64,000 nt of DNA from Candidatus Parcubacteria bacterium (GCA_021414235.1 JAIOOV010000004.1:473591-537590), one strand, 5' to 3'. Positions 10,083-19,208 are shown, counted from the stretch's first letter. The notes: a model not told the origin generated them from the sequence alone. Numbers and translations are program-made.

Positions 10083-10610
10083 CTACCAGACACTCTCCTT
10101 AACAGAGAGATTGTCTGCCAAAATATCTTGCGGTTCAGAAAGAAAGAGCCAGACATTGGCTGCAACCCTCGCTGACTCAGTCATCTCGTGGAACTCGTCA
10201 GACCGCGCGAGCCTAAAGGAACGATCCTCCAGATTTTCAACGGCTACTGATTCCCGAGCCGTCATCGCTTCTTGTAGAATTTTTACCGCAAGCGGTATCT
10301 TCTGAACATCAAGAGAGGTATGTCTTCGATGCATCCTCTTTTCTCTTCTACGAGTCCACCACTGCTCTAGAAAATTCATGGGGGCTAAATAGAGAGCGAG
10401 GATTTCGTTGCGCTCCTGTGCAACCCCGGCAAGATCCGTAACGAGCTTGGTAATAACTCCTCCCCGATCAAAAAACCTTACTACCAGTTTTATACTTGAA
10501 CCGTCCATGCGGCGTTCGAGGGATTCACGAAACATCCCCTCAAAAGTGGTGATGTGCCTCGGCCGCAGGATAAATTCAGCCTGCACGAGGTTGGGCCGTT
10601 CGCTCACCAT
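10083..10610 (-). CDS. Hypothetical protein (175 aa)
   Basis: Clean ORF bounded by a terminator hairpin at its 3' end. No recognisable motif. Confidence 0.5.
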   Translation of the reverse strand: MVSERPNLVQAEFILRPRHITTFEGMFRESLERRMDGSSIKLVVRFFDRGGVITKLVTDLAGVAQERNEILALYLAPMNFLEQWWTRRREKRMHRRHTSLDVQKIPLAVKILQEAMTARESVAVENLEDRSFRLARSDEFHEMTESARVAANVWLFLSEPQDILADNLSVKESVW

Positions 10611-10664
10611 GGTACAACCTCCTCTCTATTTTGGTTCTGGGTGGAGCCTAACGCCATTAAACAT

Positions 10665-10727
10665 AAAAAGAAAGATGGCCCGGACACTTGTCCGGGCCAT
10701 ACCCTATTCGGGATTTCTAATCCTTGG
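10665..10727 (-). repeat. Copy 1 of a ~60-nt gene-3'-end plus terminator module (hairpin GGCCCGGACA-ct-TGTCCGGGCC followed on the minus strand by TCTTTCTTTTTAT)
   Basis: About 85% identical to the copy at 13305..13365 once reverse-complemented. Immediately follows the stop of the ParB-like gene. Confidence 0.7.
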
Positions 10728-12261
10728 GCACGAGTCCCGCTAGCTTTTCAGCGCGCTTAGCAATCTTGAGAAGCTTCTCGCGAGTCCCCAGGCGTTCGCC
10801 AGGAGTCCTGGCGCGAAGTGTGCTGACGAAGCCGGCCTGATCATGCTCGAGACTGATTTCAAGCATCTCCAAGTGACGATCGAGCCGCTCTGTCAGCACC
10901 CTGAAAGCAGTGGAAGGTTTCTGCTTCCTGGTCCGACGCTGCACCCCGAGTTCTTTGGCCATCTTGCGGATTTGCACGACGGCCATGGCTACGGAAAGCC
11001 CTTTCACCAAAAGAGCAGCTTTCATCTGCGACTCAGGAGGAAGGTCGGAGATAGCTATGGCCACATCCGTGACCAACTTATCCGTCGTCTTGCTCTCCTC
11101 GCCGGCTTTCAGGGCGACGAGCGCCCTGACCTCAGGAACGAGGTTAGTCAATCGGAGAAATCGTGAGACGTTGACTTGATTTTCCCCAACCAACGCTGAA
11201 ATCTGCGTTTGAGTGAGGCCATCCTTCCTGAACTGCTCGAACGCCAACGCCTTCTCCATAGGCGTATGAGTCTGACGGTGGAAGTTCTTCATGACCGAAA
11301 GGGCGAAAAGGATTCTCCTGTCCGCCGGGTCATCGCAGACCACGGCAAGGTAGGTAGGTATCCCCGCTGTAAGACACCCTTGCCACCGACGCTCGCCATC
11401 CACGATCATGTAGAGCTTGCCCACCTCGCCATCGTAGGGCACGACCAATGCAGACTCTTGTTGCCCGACCAGCTTGAGCGAATCGACCAAGGCCACCATC
11501 GCAGCCGGATCGAAATATTTCCGAGGCTGATTCGGATTCGGACAAACCTGAGAGGTGGGCACCTCTATAGCTCCCCGAAACCTGTACTTTTCGCGAAGCT
11601 CTTTTAGCGAAGCGATGTATGCTTCCGAGATTGCCGCGGCTTTCCGGGAAGCAGACAATTCCAACGCTTCCGTTTCTAGAGGAATCCGAGCTGACACCGC
11701 GATAGGCTTCGGCTCGGGTTTCGGCTTCGAAGAAGGCGCCTGTTCCGCGACGCGCGGTTCATGAGGAACCTCCTTGTTAACAACCTCGGGCTTGAGTGGT
11801 GCCGACTTTGGAGCGGACGCAGGAGAAGTCAGTGCTGATTTCGCTTGAACCGGTGGCTGCACAGGCGCAGCTGCCGGCTTAGACGGAGCAACCAATACTG
11901 GTCTTTCCGAGGGCGGATCCTTACGAAGAGTTGATCCTGGCCTCGCGGGCAAAGTCGGCCTAGCAACCAGCGAGCCTCTGGACTGATGCACAACTCTGGA
12001 ACGACATGCGTCTGTCCCCTGACTCTCGTGGAATTCGCAGAGACCCTTGATAGGATCCTTCACTCTCGCCTTAGGGTCCACGAAGCCCTGCAAGATACAA
12101 AAACCGCAGAGCCTCCAACGTGAGGTGCATCCTCCGCAGAACTCGCTGTTTTTCCGGTAGACACTCGTAAGCCCTTCGCAGGTAACCTGAGGAACCGGTT
12201 TACCAGCTTGCGCCTTGCACAGATGTGTCTGCCCCGAAGGGCCGACGGACGTATCAGTCAT
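10717..12261 (-). CDS. ParB/Srx-fold nuclease-domain protein with an N-terminal Cys-rich (zinc-ribbon-like) region and a Pro/Ala/Lys-rich linker
   Basis: 514 aa. Central IVDGERRWQGCLTAGIPTYLAVV is a ParB N-terminal-domain GERRW-type motif followed by a helix-turn-helix-like stretch (TQTQISALVGENQVNVSRFL). The N-terminus carries at least 9 Cys (CGGC, CGFC). A roughly 100-aa low-complexity linker separates the two. Confidence 0.65.
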   Translation of the reverse strand: MTDTSVGPSGQTHLCKAQAGKPVPQVTCEGLTSVYRKNSEFCGGCTSRWRLCGFCILQGFVDPKARVKDPIKGLCEFHESQGTDACRSRVVHQSRGSLVARPTLPARPGSTLRKDPPSERPVLVAPSKPAAAPVQPPVQAKSALTSPASAPKSAPLKPEVVNKEVPHEPRVAEQAPSSKPKPEPKPIAVSARIPLETEALELSASRKAAAISEAYIASLKELREKYRFRGAIEVPTSQVCPNPNQPRKYFDPAAMVALVDSLKLVGQQESALVVPYDGEVGKLYMIVDGERRWQGCLTAGIPTYLAVVCDDPADRRILFALSVMKNFHRQTHTPMEKALAFEQFRKDGLTQTQISALVGENQVNVSRFLRLTNLVPEVRALVALKAGEESKTTDKLVTDVAIAISDLPPESQMKAALLVKGLSVAMAVVQIRKMAKELGVQRRTRKQKPSTAFRVLTERLDRHLEMLEISLEHDQAGFVSTLRARTPGERLGTREKLLKIAKRAEKLAGLVPKD

Positions 12262-12364
12262 GATAGCCTCCCGGGGCTTTTGTGGTTGGGGGCGCCGACG
12301 TCAAAGACCTCGGTCTGCGGGGAATTATGTCCGAGAAGGCTTTAAAAGCAAGTTAGTGCTTAAC

Positions 12365-12817
12365 CTAAAAAATATAGAAAGCACAGGCCGCGGCGCTGAG
12401 CCAACAGATAGTAGAGATGGCTCCGCTCGCGAAAAGCCAGAATTTTTCATTCTTCGAGAGCGCAGCGAAAGAGCGTTCGAAGGCTACATTCATGAGCCTG
12501 CCGATGAAGAGTGCGTTCACCGCGAGTACCGCAACGAAAAACATCTTCTTGAAGAAGGTCGGAGACTGCCCCGAGAGGAGATAATCGCGCGTGGGCCAGA
12601 AGAGCAGGAAGCCAGTAGCGATCATGCCGAGCAAGCCTATCCAGACAAGACGATGGAGAAGCATTGTCTTCTTCCTATCAAGCACCTGCTTTGTGCCGCG
12701 GAAATAAGTGAAGGCGTCGTGGTCAGCAAGCAGAATCGCGAGTGCGGTCAAACACAAGATACCGATATGCACCGGCAGGATAGGGAGCTGAGAAAGCGTG
12801 TCGAGAAAAGAGATCAT
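12365..12817 (-). CDS. Hypothetical integral membrane protein (4 predicted TM helices)
   Basis: 150 aa of hydrophobic helices. 5-bp gap to the upstream cytochrome-b5 gene, which suggests an operon. Confidence 0.55.
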   Translation of the reverse strand: MISFLDTLSQLPILPVHIGILCLTALAILLADHDAFTYFRGTKQVLDRKKTMLLHRLVWIGLLGMIATGFLLFWPTRDYLLSGQSPTFFKKMFFVAVLAVNALFIGRLMNVAFERSFAALSKNEKFWLFASGAISTICWLSAAACAFYIF

Positions 12818-12822
12818 TCTTG

Positions 12823-13197
12823 CTATTGAACTAACGTACCGATCTTGAAGGCAGCGAGCACGTCATTGGGCTGCGCCTGGCTTCCATGCTGGCCATTGAA
12901 TGCAGCGGAGCCATCCTTACCGCATATCTTAAGTATATTCCTCTCCCCTCCCGGATGCTGGCTTATCCACGCAGTCAGATCGTAGACTCCGCCATCAATG
13001 GCGCTCCAGCAGCTCTCCTTCGCAGCGTGAGTGGCTACATCCGCCAGGGTATAGGTCTTGGAAGTATCAACGGAAGTAGTGCCTATGGGCTGACCGTCTT
13101 TCCCTACAAAAGAGCTGGAATTGGTGCTGCTAAAATACCAATAGCCTACGCCGCCCAATACTGCTACCGCGACGAGTCCGATCAGAATTTTGTTCAT
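12823..13197 (-). CDS. Membrane-anchored cytochrome b5-like heme-binding domain protein
   Basis: YTLADVATHAAKESCWSAIDGGVYDLTAWISQHPGGERNI matches the cyt-b5 HPGG signature. N-terminal signal anchor. AT-rich promoter-like region upstream (13198-13300) with a TATAAT. Confidence 0.7.
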   Translation of the reverse strand: MNKILIGLVAVAVLGGVGYWYFSSTNSSSFVGKDGQPIGTTSVDTSKTYTLADVATHAAKESCWSAIDGGVYDLTAWISQHPGGERNILKICGKDGSAAFNGQHGSQAQPNDVLAAFKIGTLVQ

Positions 13198-13304
13198 TGG
13201 ATAGCTAAACTAGAGTTAGATGTCTTCTATTATAGTACAAAATAACTTCTTATTTATTTCAAAAATAGATACCGAGAAAAAGACTTTCGATTATGCATCG
13301 GTGT

Positions 13305-13365
13305 CATAAAAGAAAGACGGCCCGGACATTTGTCCGGGCCGTACCCTTTCGGGATTTAATACTAC
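13305..13365 (-). repeat. Copy 2 of the gene-3'-end plus terminator module (hairpin GGCCCGGACA-tt-TGTCCGGGCC followed on the minus strand by TCTTTCTTTTAT)
   Basis: See copy 1. Follows the stop of the 126-aa ORF. Confidence 0.7.
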
Positions 13366-13742
13366 CCCTTGGAAACCGCCCTTGCAGGAACTCTCTGCGC
13401 CAGCCTGGAGGCAAGCTGGGAAAGATGGAAGATCCTGGCCCGGAGATCGTTGGACTCCTGGATAGGCATCTTCCCAAGGGCGGATTGAAAAGTGCCGATA
13501 GGTACCTGGAGATTGCGCTCCAGTTCGGCGCACATCTTATCGACGCGCTTCTGCAGAGCCTTGGCACTCACGGGAATCGCGCCGTCTTTGGGCGACGATC
13601 GCAATACTCCCGGCTTCGATGCCGAGGTAGATTGGGTTCTCGGTCTTTGTGCCAATCCCGAACTCGCAGCCCCCGCCCGCCCAGCGGAACGAATCATGGA
13701 CGGACGCCAGTTCTCATTTCCACCCATCTGACTAACGCTCAT
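13362..13742 (-). CDS. Small protein homologous to the C-terminal ~110 aa of the ParB-like protein (diverged partial duplicate, possibly a gene fragment)
   Basis: The segments KALQKRVDKMCAELERNL and RARIFHLSQLASRLAQRV align with RVLTERLDRHLEMLEISL and REKLLKIAKRAEKLAGLV of the 10717..12261 product. It shares the same downstream terminator repeat. Confidence 0.45.
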   Translation of the reverse strand: MSVSQMGGNENWRPSMIRSAGRAGAASSGLAQRPRTQSTSASKPGVLRSSPKDGAIPVSAKALQKRVDKMCAELERNLQVPIGTFQSALGKMPIQESNDLRARIFHLSQLASRLAQRVPARAVSKG

Positions 13743-13846
13743 TGGTGCCCTCGTAGCTGATGTGATTGTTCCCGAATTACGATTCGTATTGTTTATAACA
13801 CTAAAATTGTGTCAGGTCAATGTTATCAAAAGAAGGTAACGTGGAT

Positions 13847-16069
13847 CTATTTCGCCACCGCAACCGCTTCATCAAAACGAACCGAGAGAAGCTTCGAAGC
13901 TCCTTCACTACCCATGGTCACACCATAGAGGACACCTGCACGGCTCATGGTCTCACGGTTGTGAGTGATGAGGATGAGCTGGGAATATTTGGAAAGACTC
14001 TCCACCATATCGCCGTACTTGCGGGAATTAGCTTCGTCGAGCGCCGCATCTGTCTCATCGAGAATCACAAAAGGCGGCGGATTAACCTGAGAGATAGCAA
14101 AGAGGAGCGCGATGGAGGTAAGAGCGCGCTCGCCACCAGAGAGCATCTGGAGACCCTTGGTGCGCTTATTGGGAAGAGAGACGCTGATGTCTATTCCCTC
14201 CTCCGCTTCCTCCTGCGGCGCCTCCCCTTCGAGATCCTCCGCTGCCTGCCGGCGACGCTTAGGTGCCTCGACAGTAGAAAGCGCGGCCGTGCCTCCGCCG
14301 AACATGAGCGCAAAGAATTTCTGGAAAGCGCTATTTATCTTCCCCATACCTTCGGTGAATTCTTTCTCGAGTTTCTCAGAGAGCTCTGCAATCAAACCTC
14401 GTAGTGTCTCAGCGGAGTGCGCAAGATCTACCAGTTCTTTTTCAAGATAGGCATCGCGTGTCTTGGTATCCTCGTACTCCTTCTCTGTATCAGCTCCACC
14501 TGCTCCACCCATCTCCTCCAAACGGATCTTCATCTTCTCCAAAGTCTTGCGGCGCGTCTCCTGTTCAAAGCGCGCTTCGCGGCCACCACTCAGCACCACT
14601 TCGTTGTAACGCAGCACCGGGAGCCCAAGAAGCGCTTGGCCCTCCATGAGTTCTGATTTGAACGCAGCTTCGTCACGCTTCAATGTATCCTCACGAGAAC
14701 GCAGTACGAAGAGCTGCTGAGAAAGATCGTTGCGCTTAGAGACCAGCGCAAACATCTCACGCTCCGCGTCGCGGCCAGAGCGCTCATCAGCTTCGATAGC
14801 TTCTTTCAGTTCCTGGTAGTGTTTACGCGCCGCTTCGCTCTTCTCCTTGGCAGCCGATGCCTTACCACCAAGCGCCGCCTTCTCCCCCTTCAGCTTCTTT
14901 ATCTCCGCCTCAATCTCTCCGGAGTGATCATCCGCCGCACGCTTGCCGGAGACGAAAGAGCGGACCAGGCCAGCTATAGTATTCAAAAGTTCACGGAGAA
15001 CTGAAATGTTCTCCTCGCGCGAAGCCTGCGCTACGAAATTCTCCGCCTCCTTCACTACCCGCTCAAGCTCGGAGCGTGGAATAGTGACACTCTCAGACTG
15101 AACACTGTTTGCCGCGCGCGCGAGTGCTTTCTCTTCGGCGAAGATGATACCGTCGAGACGGCTCTCCTCGCGACGAAGCGATTCCATCTCCTCTTCTGCT
15201 TGGCGTAGCGCTCTTTCCGCTTCTGCGAATTCGCGACCCTCTTTGTCCCGACCCTTGCCGGAGAGCAACGACTCGATAGCTTTTACCCGTTCATCCACAG
15301 CCTTCAATTCCGCTGTAGGTCCTTCAAGGGAGGAGGCAAGTGACGCGCGCTCCTCCCCAAGATATGTCTCCTCGCGCTTGAGATATTCCTGATACAGCGT
15401 CTCGAGCTCGCGCTTCAGCGCTTCCGCCTTACGCACCTTCTCCATCTGCTTCTCCAGGAAGCGCAGATGCGGTGCCAATTCCTTACGAAGCGATTCCACC
15501 TGCTTCATGTTCTCGGCAGTCTTCTCCAATTTGCGCTCACTCTCCTCGCGCTTGTACTGATACACCTTGAGGCCGAGTGCATCCTCGATCATCGCTTTGC
15601 GCTCCTTGATGGAGGCATTCAGGATCCGATCCGCTTCGCCCTGAGAGATGATGTGATGGCCGGAGGCGCCGATGTTGGCAGACGCGAGAAGTTCGAGAAT
15701 ATCCTTGAGGCGCACTTGAGTGCCGTTGAGGCGGTATTCGTTGGTACTATCGCGGAAGACCGTACGCTCCAGAGAGACTTCATCGAAGTCCACATTGAAG
15801 ACCTTGGGATTGTTGTTGAAGACGAGCTTCGCAGAAGCACGTGCAGGCTTGGGCAAGGTCTTGGAGCCGGAGAAGATGAGGTCCTCGCCGCGCTTGCCAC
15901 GCATGCTCTTCATGGACTGCTCGCCCAAGACGAAGCGGAATGCTTCGGCCACGTTTGATTTACCAGAGCCGTTCGGCCCCACGATGCCGGTGATCGGCGT
16001 AGTGAAATTGAGCTCAGTCTTCTTGGCGAATGACTTGAAGCCGTAGAGTTCGAGGCTCTTTAGATACAT
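13847..16069 (-). CDS. smc: SMC-family chromosome condensation ATPase, unusually short (740 aa) with no recognisable hinge domain
   Basis: N-terminal MYLKSLELYGFKSF...GPNGSGKSN Walker A. Long coiled coils. C-terminal LSGGERALTSIALLFAIS signature and FVILDETDAALD Walker B. Conserved rnc-smc synteny. Confidence 0.8.
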   Translation of the reverse strand: MYLKSLELYGFKSFAKKTELNFTTPITGIVGPNGSGKSNVAEAFRFVLGEQSMKSMRGKRGEDLIFSGSKTLPKPARASAKLVFNNNPKVFNVDFDEVSLERTVFRDSTNEYRLNGTQVRLKDILELLASANIGASGHHIISQGEADRILNASIKERKAMIEDALGLKVYQYKREESERKLEKTAENMKQVESLRKELAPHLRFLEKQMEKVRKAEALKRELETLYQEYLKREETYLGEERASLASSLEGPTAELKAVDERVKAIESLLSGKGRDKEGREFAEAERALRQAEEEMESLRREESRLDGIIFAEEKALARAANSVQSESVTIPRSELERVVKEAENFVAQASREENISVLRELLNTIAGLVRSFVSGKRAADDHSGEIEAEIKKLKGEKAALGGKASAAKEKSEAARKHYQELKEAIEADERSGRDAEREMFALVSKRNDLSQQLFVLRSREDTLKRDEAAFKSELMEGQALLGLPVLRYNEVVLSGGREARFEQETRRKTLEKMKIRLEEMGGAGGADTEKEYEDTKTRDAYLEKELVDLAHSAETLRGLIAELSEKLEKEFTEGMGKINSAFQKFFALMFGGGTAALSTVEAPKRRRQAAEDLEGEAPQEEAEEGIDISVSLPNKRTKGLQMLSGGERALTSIALLFAISQVNPPPFVILDETDAALDEANSRKYGDMVESLSKYSQLILITHNRETMSRAGVLYGVTMGSEGASKLLSVRFDEAVAVAK

Positions 16070-16135
16070 TGTCTTGTATTGTAACGGTAAACCGGCCTCG
16101 AGGGGAGGCCGGTTCTGTTAGAAAGTCTTGATATT

Positions 16136-16867
16136 TTAAAGCCACGCCCTCGCCTTAAGCCCCGCCCTCGCCGCAGACTGCTCGGCCTCCTGCTTTGACT
16201 TGCCATCGCCCTTGGCAATGAGATCGCGACCGATGTAGACCGCCACAGTGAAGTGTTTGTCGTGATCCGGGCCCTCTTCCTTCATCACCTGATAGGAAGG
16301 CGTGGTACCTTCGATCTCCTGAGCCTTCTCCTGGAAGTGACTCTTGGCATCGAGCCAGAGCTTGTCGCTCACCACTTTGTCAGTAAGCGGGAACACTGTG
16401 CGAGAGATGAATCCGCGCGCAGCTTCGTAGCCCTGATCGAGGAAGATGGCGCCTACAAAGGCTTCGAAAGTATTCGCCAGGATGTACTGGCGCGCGCGAC
16501 CCTTGTCCTTGGCTTCTCCTTTGGAGAGCAGCAGGTACTTATCCATATGAAGATCCGCAGCGATGTCCGAGAGGGTGTTGGCGTTCACGAGTGCCGCACG
16601 GTACGAGGTAAGATCACCTTCAGTGTCTTCCGGGAACTTGGCGTAGAGGAATTCGGTGACCGCAAGCTCAAGAACAGCATCCCCTAGGAACTCCAGACGC
16701 TCGTTGTGCCCTACGGAGAGTTTCTTGTGTTCGTTTAAATACGAGCGGTGCGTAAAAGCCTGCTTGAGGAGGTTAGCATCCTTAAAGGGGACGCCTAATT
16801 CTGTTGCGAATTCAGGGACAGTGGCTGGCATGAGGGTTACGCTACTAGATTGAGCCTTTTCGGGCAA
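16136..16867 (-). CDS. rnc: Ribonuclease III
   Basis: ERLEFLGDAVLELAVTEFLY RNase III signature plus a C-terminal dsRBD. Confidence 0.92.
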   Translation of the reverse strand: MPEKAQSSSVTLMPATVPEFATELGVPFKDANLLKQAFTHRSYLNEHKKLSVGHNERLEFLGDAVLELAVTEFLYAKFPEDTEGDLTSYRAALVNANTLSDIAADLHMDKYLLLSKGEAKDKGRARQYILANTFEAFVGAIFLDQGYEAARGFISRTVFPLTDKVVSDKLWLDAKSHFQEKAQEIEGTTPSYQVMKEEGPDHDKHFTVAVYIGRDLIAKGDGKSKQEAEQSAARAGLKARAWL

Positions 16868-16871
16868 CTCG

Positions 16872-17774
16872 TTACTTTTTCAATAAAAGGTTGATGGCTT
16901 TGGTGACGATGGCCAGGATATCGTCATAGAAATTGAGGTTGAGGATATCGGAGAGCTTGAACCACTGAGTAGCATCGAGTCCGCCCGTCTTCTGGAGCGT
17001 CACGTTCTGGAAGGGACCCTTGGCGAGATAGTAGGTGACCTGCTTGCGGAGCTTGCCCTTGTCCGGGTCCGATGCGATGTACTCGTTGTCCCCCAGCTTG
17101 TCCTCTACCACTATAGGCAGATCTATCTCCTCCTTGATCACGCGCACCACGCCCTCCTTGAGATCCTCGTTCTCCGCCACATGGCCCTTGGAGAGCGTCC
17201 AATGTCCAAAGATGTCGTGTACGAGAGCGAGGTAGACATCGTCTCCCTCCTTCGCATACACCACCGCTCCGACTAATTTCTCAATGGGCATCTGCTCGTA
17301 CGGAATGTCCTCAATCTTCTTACGCTTCCTCTTCGAGACCTCGTCTTTCCCCGGCTCACCAATCTCCTTATAGACCGCTCCCAAGACGCCGTTCACGAAC
17401 TTACCGCTGTTCTCCCCGCCGAAGGTCTTAGCAAGCTCGATAGCTTCGTTGATGGCCACCTTGGCGGGCACCTCTGCCCTATCCGCAAAGAGGAGCTCGA
17501 AGAGCCCGATACGCAGAATATTGCGATCCACCGGGGCGATCTTGTCGATCGGCCAGTCCGGCGCAGCGCGTTCGATGATGAGGTCGAGGTCCGGACGCTT
17601 GGCGAGCACATTTGCCCCTAGCTCCAGCATGAAGGAGAGGTCCCCGCCGCCAGGCGCAAATTCTTCGGCATTCCTATTTACCACTTCCGGGAGAGCCTCG
17701 TTCGGCAAACCGCGACTATCCCACTCGAAGAGGGATTGCATCACGATAGAACGGGAGAGGTGTCTATTTGCCAT
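16872..17774 (-). CDS. nusB: NusB antitermination-factor domain fused to a C-terminal NUDIX hydrolase-like domain
   Basis: The N-terminal ~140 aa are NusB-like (SRSIVMQSLFEWD...AINEAIELAKTFGGENSGKFVNGVL). The C-terminal ~150 aa carry a Nudix-like box GHVAENEDLKEGVVRVIKEEIDL in which the first Glu of REUXEE is replaced by Val. Confidence 0.7.
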   Translation of the reverse strand: MANRHLSRSIVMQSLFEWDSRGLPNEALPEVVNRNAEEFAPGGGDLSFMLELGANVLAKRPDLDLIIERAAPDWPIDKIAPVDRNILRIGLFELLFADRAEVPAKVAINEAIELAKTFGGENSGKFVNGVLGAVYKEIGEPGKDEVSKRKRKKIEDIPYEQMPIEKLVGAVVYAKEGDDVYLALVHDIFGHWTLSKGHVAENEDLKEGVVRVIKEEIDLPIVVEDKLGDNEYIASDPDKGKLRKQVTYYLAKGPFQNVTLQKTGGLDATQWFKLSDILNLNFYDDILAIVTKAINLLLKK

Positions 17775-17851
17775 ACGTGTGGTGCGGGAGTACCGAACCG
17801 GCCGTCAAAGAACTTTTCATATATGCCCTTACGGGACTTTGTGGAGAGTTA

Positions 17852-18079
17852 TTACTTCGAGTCCGGAGTAGCCTTCGCCTTTGCCTTCTTTGCCTTGCGT
17901 GCCTGCTTCGCGACGACGTCTATGACCACGCGGCCGCGATACTTTCCGCAAGTAGCGCAAGCACGGTGGGAAGAACGCATCGCTCCGCACTCGCACTTGC
18001 TAGTGCGCGGCGCTACAAGCGCATGATGGCTGCGGCGATTGGCCGTGTGGGCCCGAGTATGTCGCATTCGTACTACCAT
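17852..18079 (-). CDS. rpmF: 50S ribosomal protein L32
   Basis: 75 aa with RRSHHAL...CxxCG...C.CGKYRGR L32 motifs. Confidence 0.85.
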   Translation of the reverse strand: MVVRMRHTRAHTANRRSHHALVAPRTSKCECGAMRSSHRACATCGKYRGRVVIDVVAKQARKAKKAKAKATPDSK

Positions 18080-18103
18080 ACGGAGACTTTAGCAGATATG
18101 GGT

Positions 18104-18138
18104 TAGAAAATCAAAAGCGCCGGATTTTACTCCGGCGC
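18104..18138 (-). terminator. Rho-independent terminator (GCGCCGGA ttttac TCCGGCGC, then TTTTGATTTTC on the minus strand)
   Basis: Located 60 bp downstream of the 18199..18609 ORF stop and upstream of rpmF. Confidence 0.6.
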
Positions 18139-18198
18139 CGGGCAGACCCCTAAGTCAGATACATTGTTATTGTTTTGAACCAAACAGAGCTCAGCCCC

Positions 18199-18609
18199 CT
18201 ATTGCGGAGGATGATCCACCTTGAGCCTCAAGAGGATTCGGCCTTCGACCTCCTTGATGTGATCCGCCGGGTTAAGTTCTTCCGACGAGGTGTTGGGCGG
18301 CATCACCAGCAGGAAGTCTGAGCAGTAGCCGAGGACACGGGTGGTTGGTGAATCAGCCCTCCCACAATCGGCGAAGTTTCGACAGAAATCCCTGCAGAGA
18401 GCTTTGCACTCCACACCATAGGGAGTGTCTTCAAGAAGTTTGCACAGATTCTCTGGGTCCGCCAGAGTGGAAAGGTAGCGCTGGTCCGTCTCCTGACGAG
18501 AGACAGCCAGAGGTATTGCAGGCATTTTTCCCCCACATGGACTTAGTTGCACGAAACGAACTAGGAAATAGCAGACCCCACTATCCCACAGACTGTGACT
18601 GTAAGTCAA
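18199..18609 (-). CDS. Hypothetical Cys-rich protein (136 aa)
   Basis: Its start overlaps the rnhB stop by 4 nt (translational coupling) and it is followed by a terminator. Contains 9 Cys. No known motif. Confidence 0.5.
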   Translation of the reverse strand: MTYSHSLWDSGVCYFLVRFVQLSPCGGKMPAIPLAVSRQETDQRYLSTLADPENLCKLLEDTPYGVECKALCRDFCRNFADCGRADSPTTRVLGYCSDFLLVMPPNTSSEELNPADHIKEVEGRILLRLKVDHPPQ

Positions 18610-19208
18610 ACGTTACGGCAGAAGGAAATCCGATGCTCCGGGGATAGCCCGAACGCCCGTATGGCAGTCCTGTGTACTAAAGTTCCATAACCCTTATGCA
18701 CCTCAAATGCGTACTTGGGATACTTCTTCGCTAAACGCTTCATCAGGCGATCGCGCGAAACCTTGGCGGCAATGGAAGCGAGCGCGATAGAAGGTTCTTT
18801 CTCATCCCCTTTTATGATCGTCTTCTGATTCTTAAATTCCGAAGGAGCCTTGAGCCCGCCATCGAGGAGAACTTGGGTATTCCCAGAGTCGGGGACAAGC
18901 TTACCGAGCGCCCGAGCGAGCGCGCTCCGTACCGCCGGCACTATCCCCTCCCTATCAATCACTCTCGCAGAAGCAAAACACACTGCGTAATCAATCACCC
19001 CCTCCTTCTTCCACTCCCTCATACGCAAAAGCCAGGCTTCGCGATTCTTCTCAGAGAGCTTCTTAGAATCACGGAAACCAGCAAAGCGACGCTCTTCTCC
19101 CCTTCGGATACGACACGCTCCCACTGCTACCGGACCCGCGAGCGGCCCTCTTCCCGCCTCATCAATTCCCACCACAAAAATATGCTTCTCGGGAGAACTT
19201 CGCGACAT
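18606..19208 (-). CDS. rnhB: Ribonuclease HII
   Basis: VVGIDEAGRGPLAGPVAV N-terminal motif. 200 aa. Confidence 0.9.
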   Translation of the reverse strand: MSRSSPEKHIFVVGIDEAGRGPLAGPVAVGACRIRRGEERRFAGFRDSKKLSEKNREAWLLRMREWKKEGVIDYAVCFASARVIDREGIVPAVRSALARALGKLVPDSGNTQVLLDGGLKAPSEFKNQKTIIKGDEKEPSIALASIAAKVSRDRLMKRLAKKYPKYAFEVHKGYGTLVHRTAIRAFGLSPEHRISFCRNV

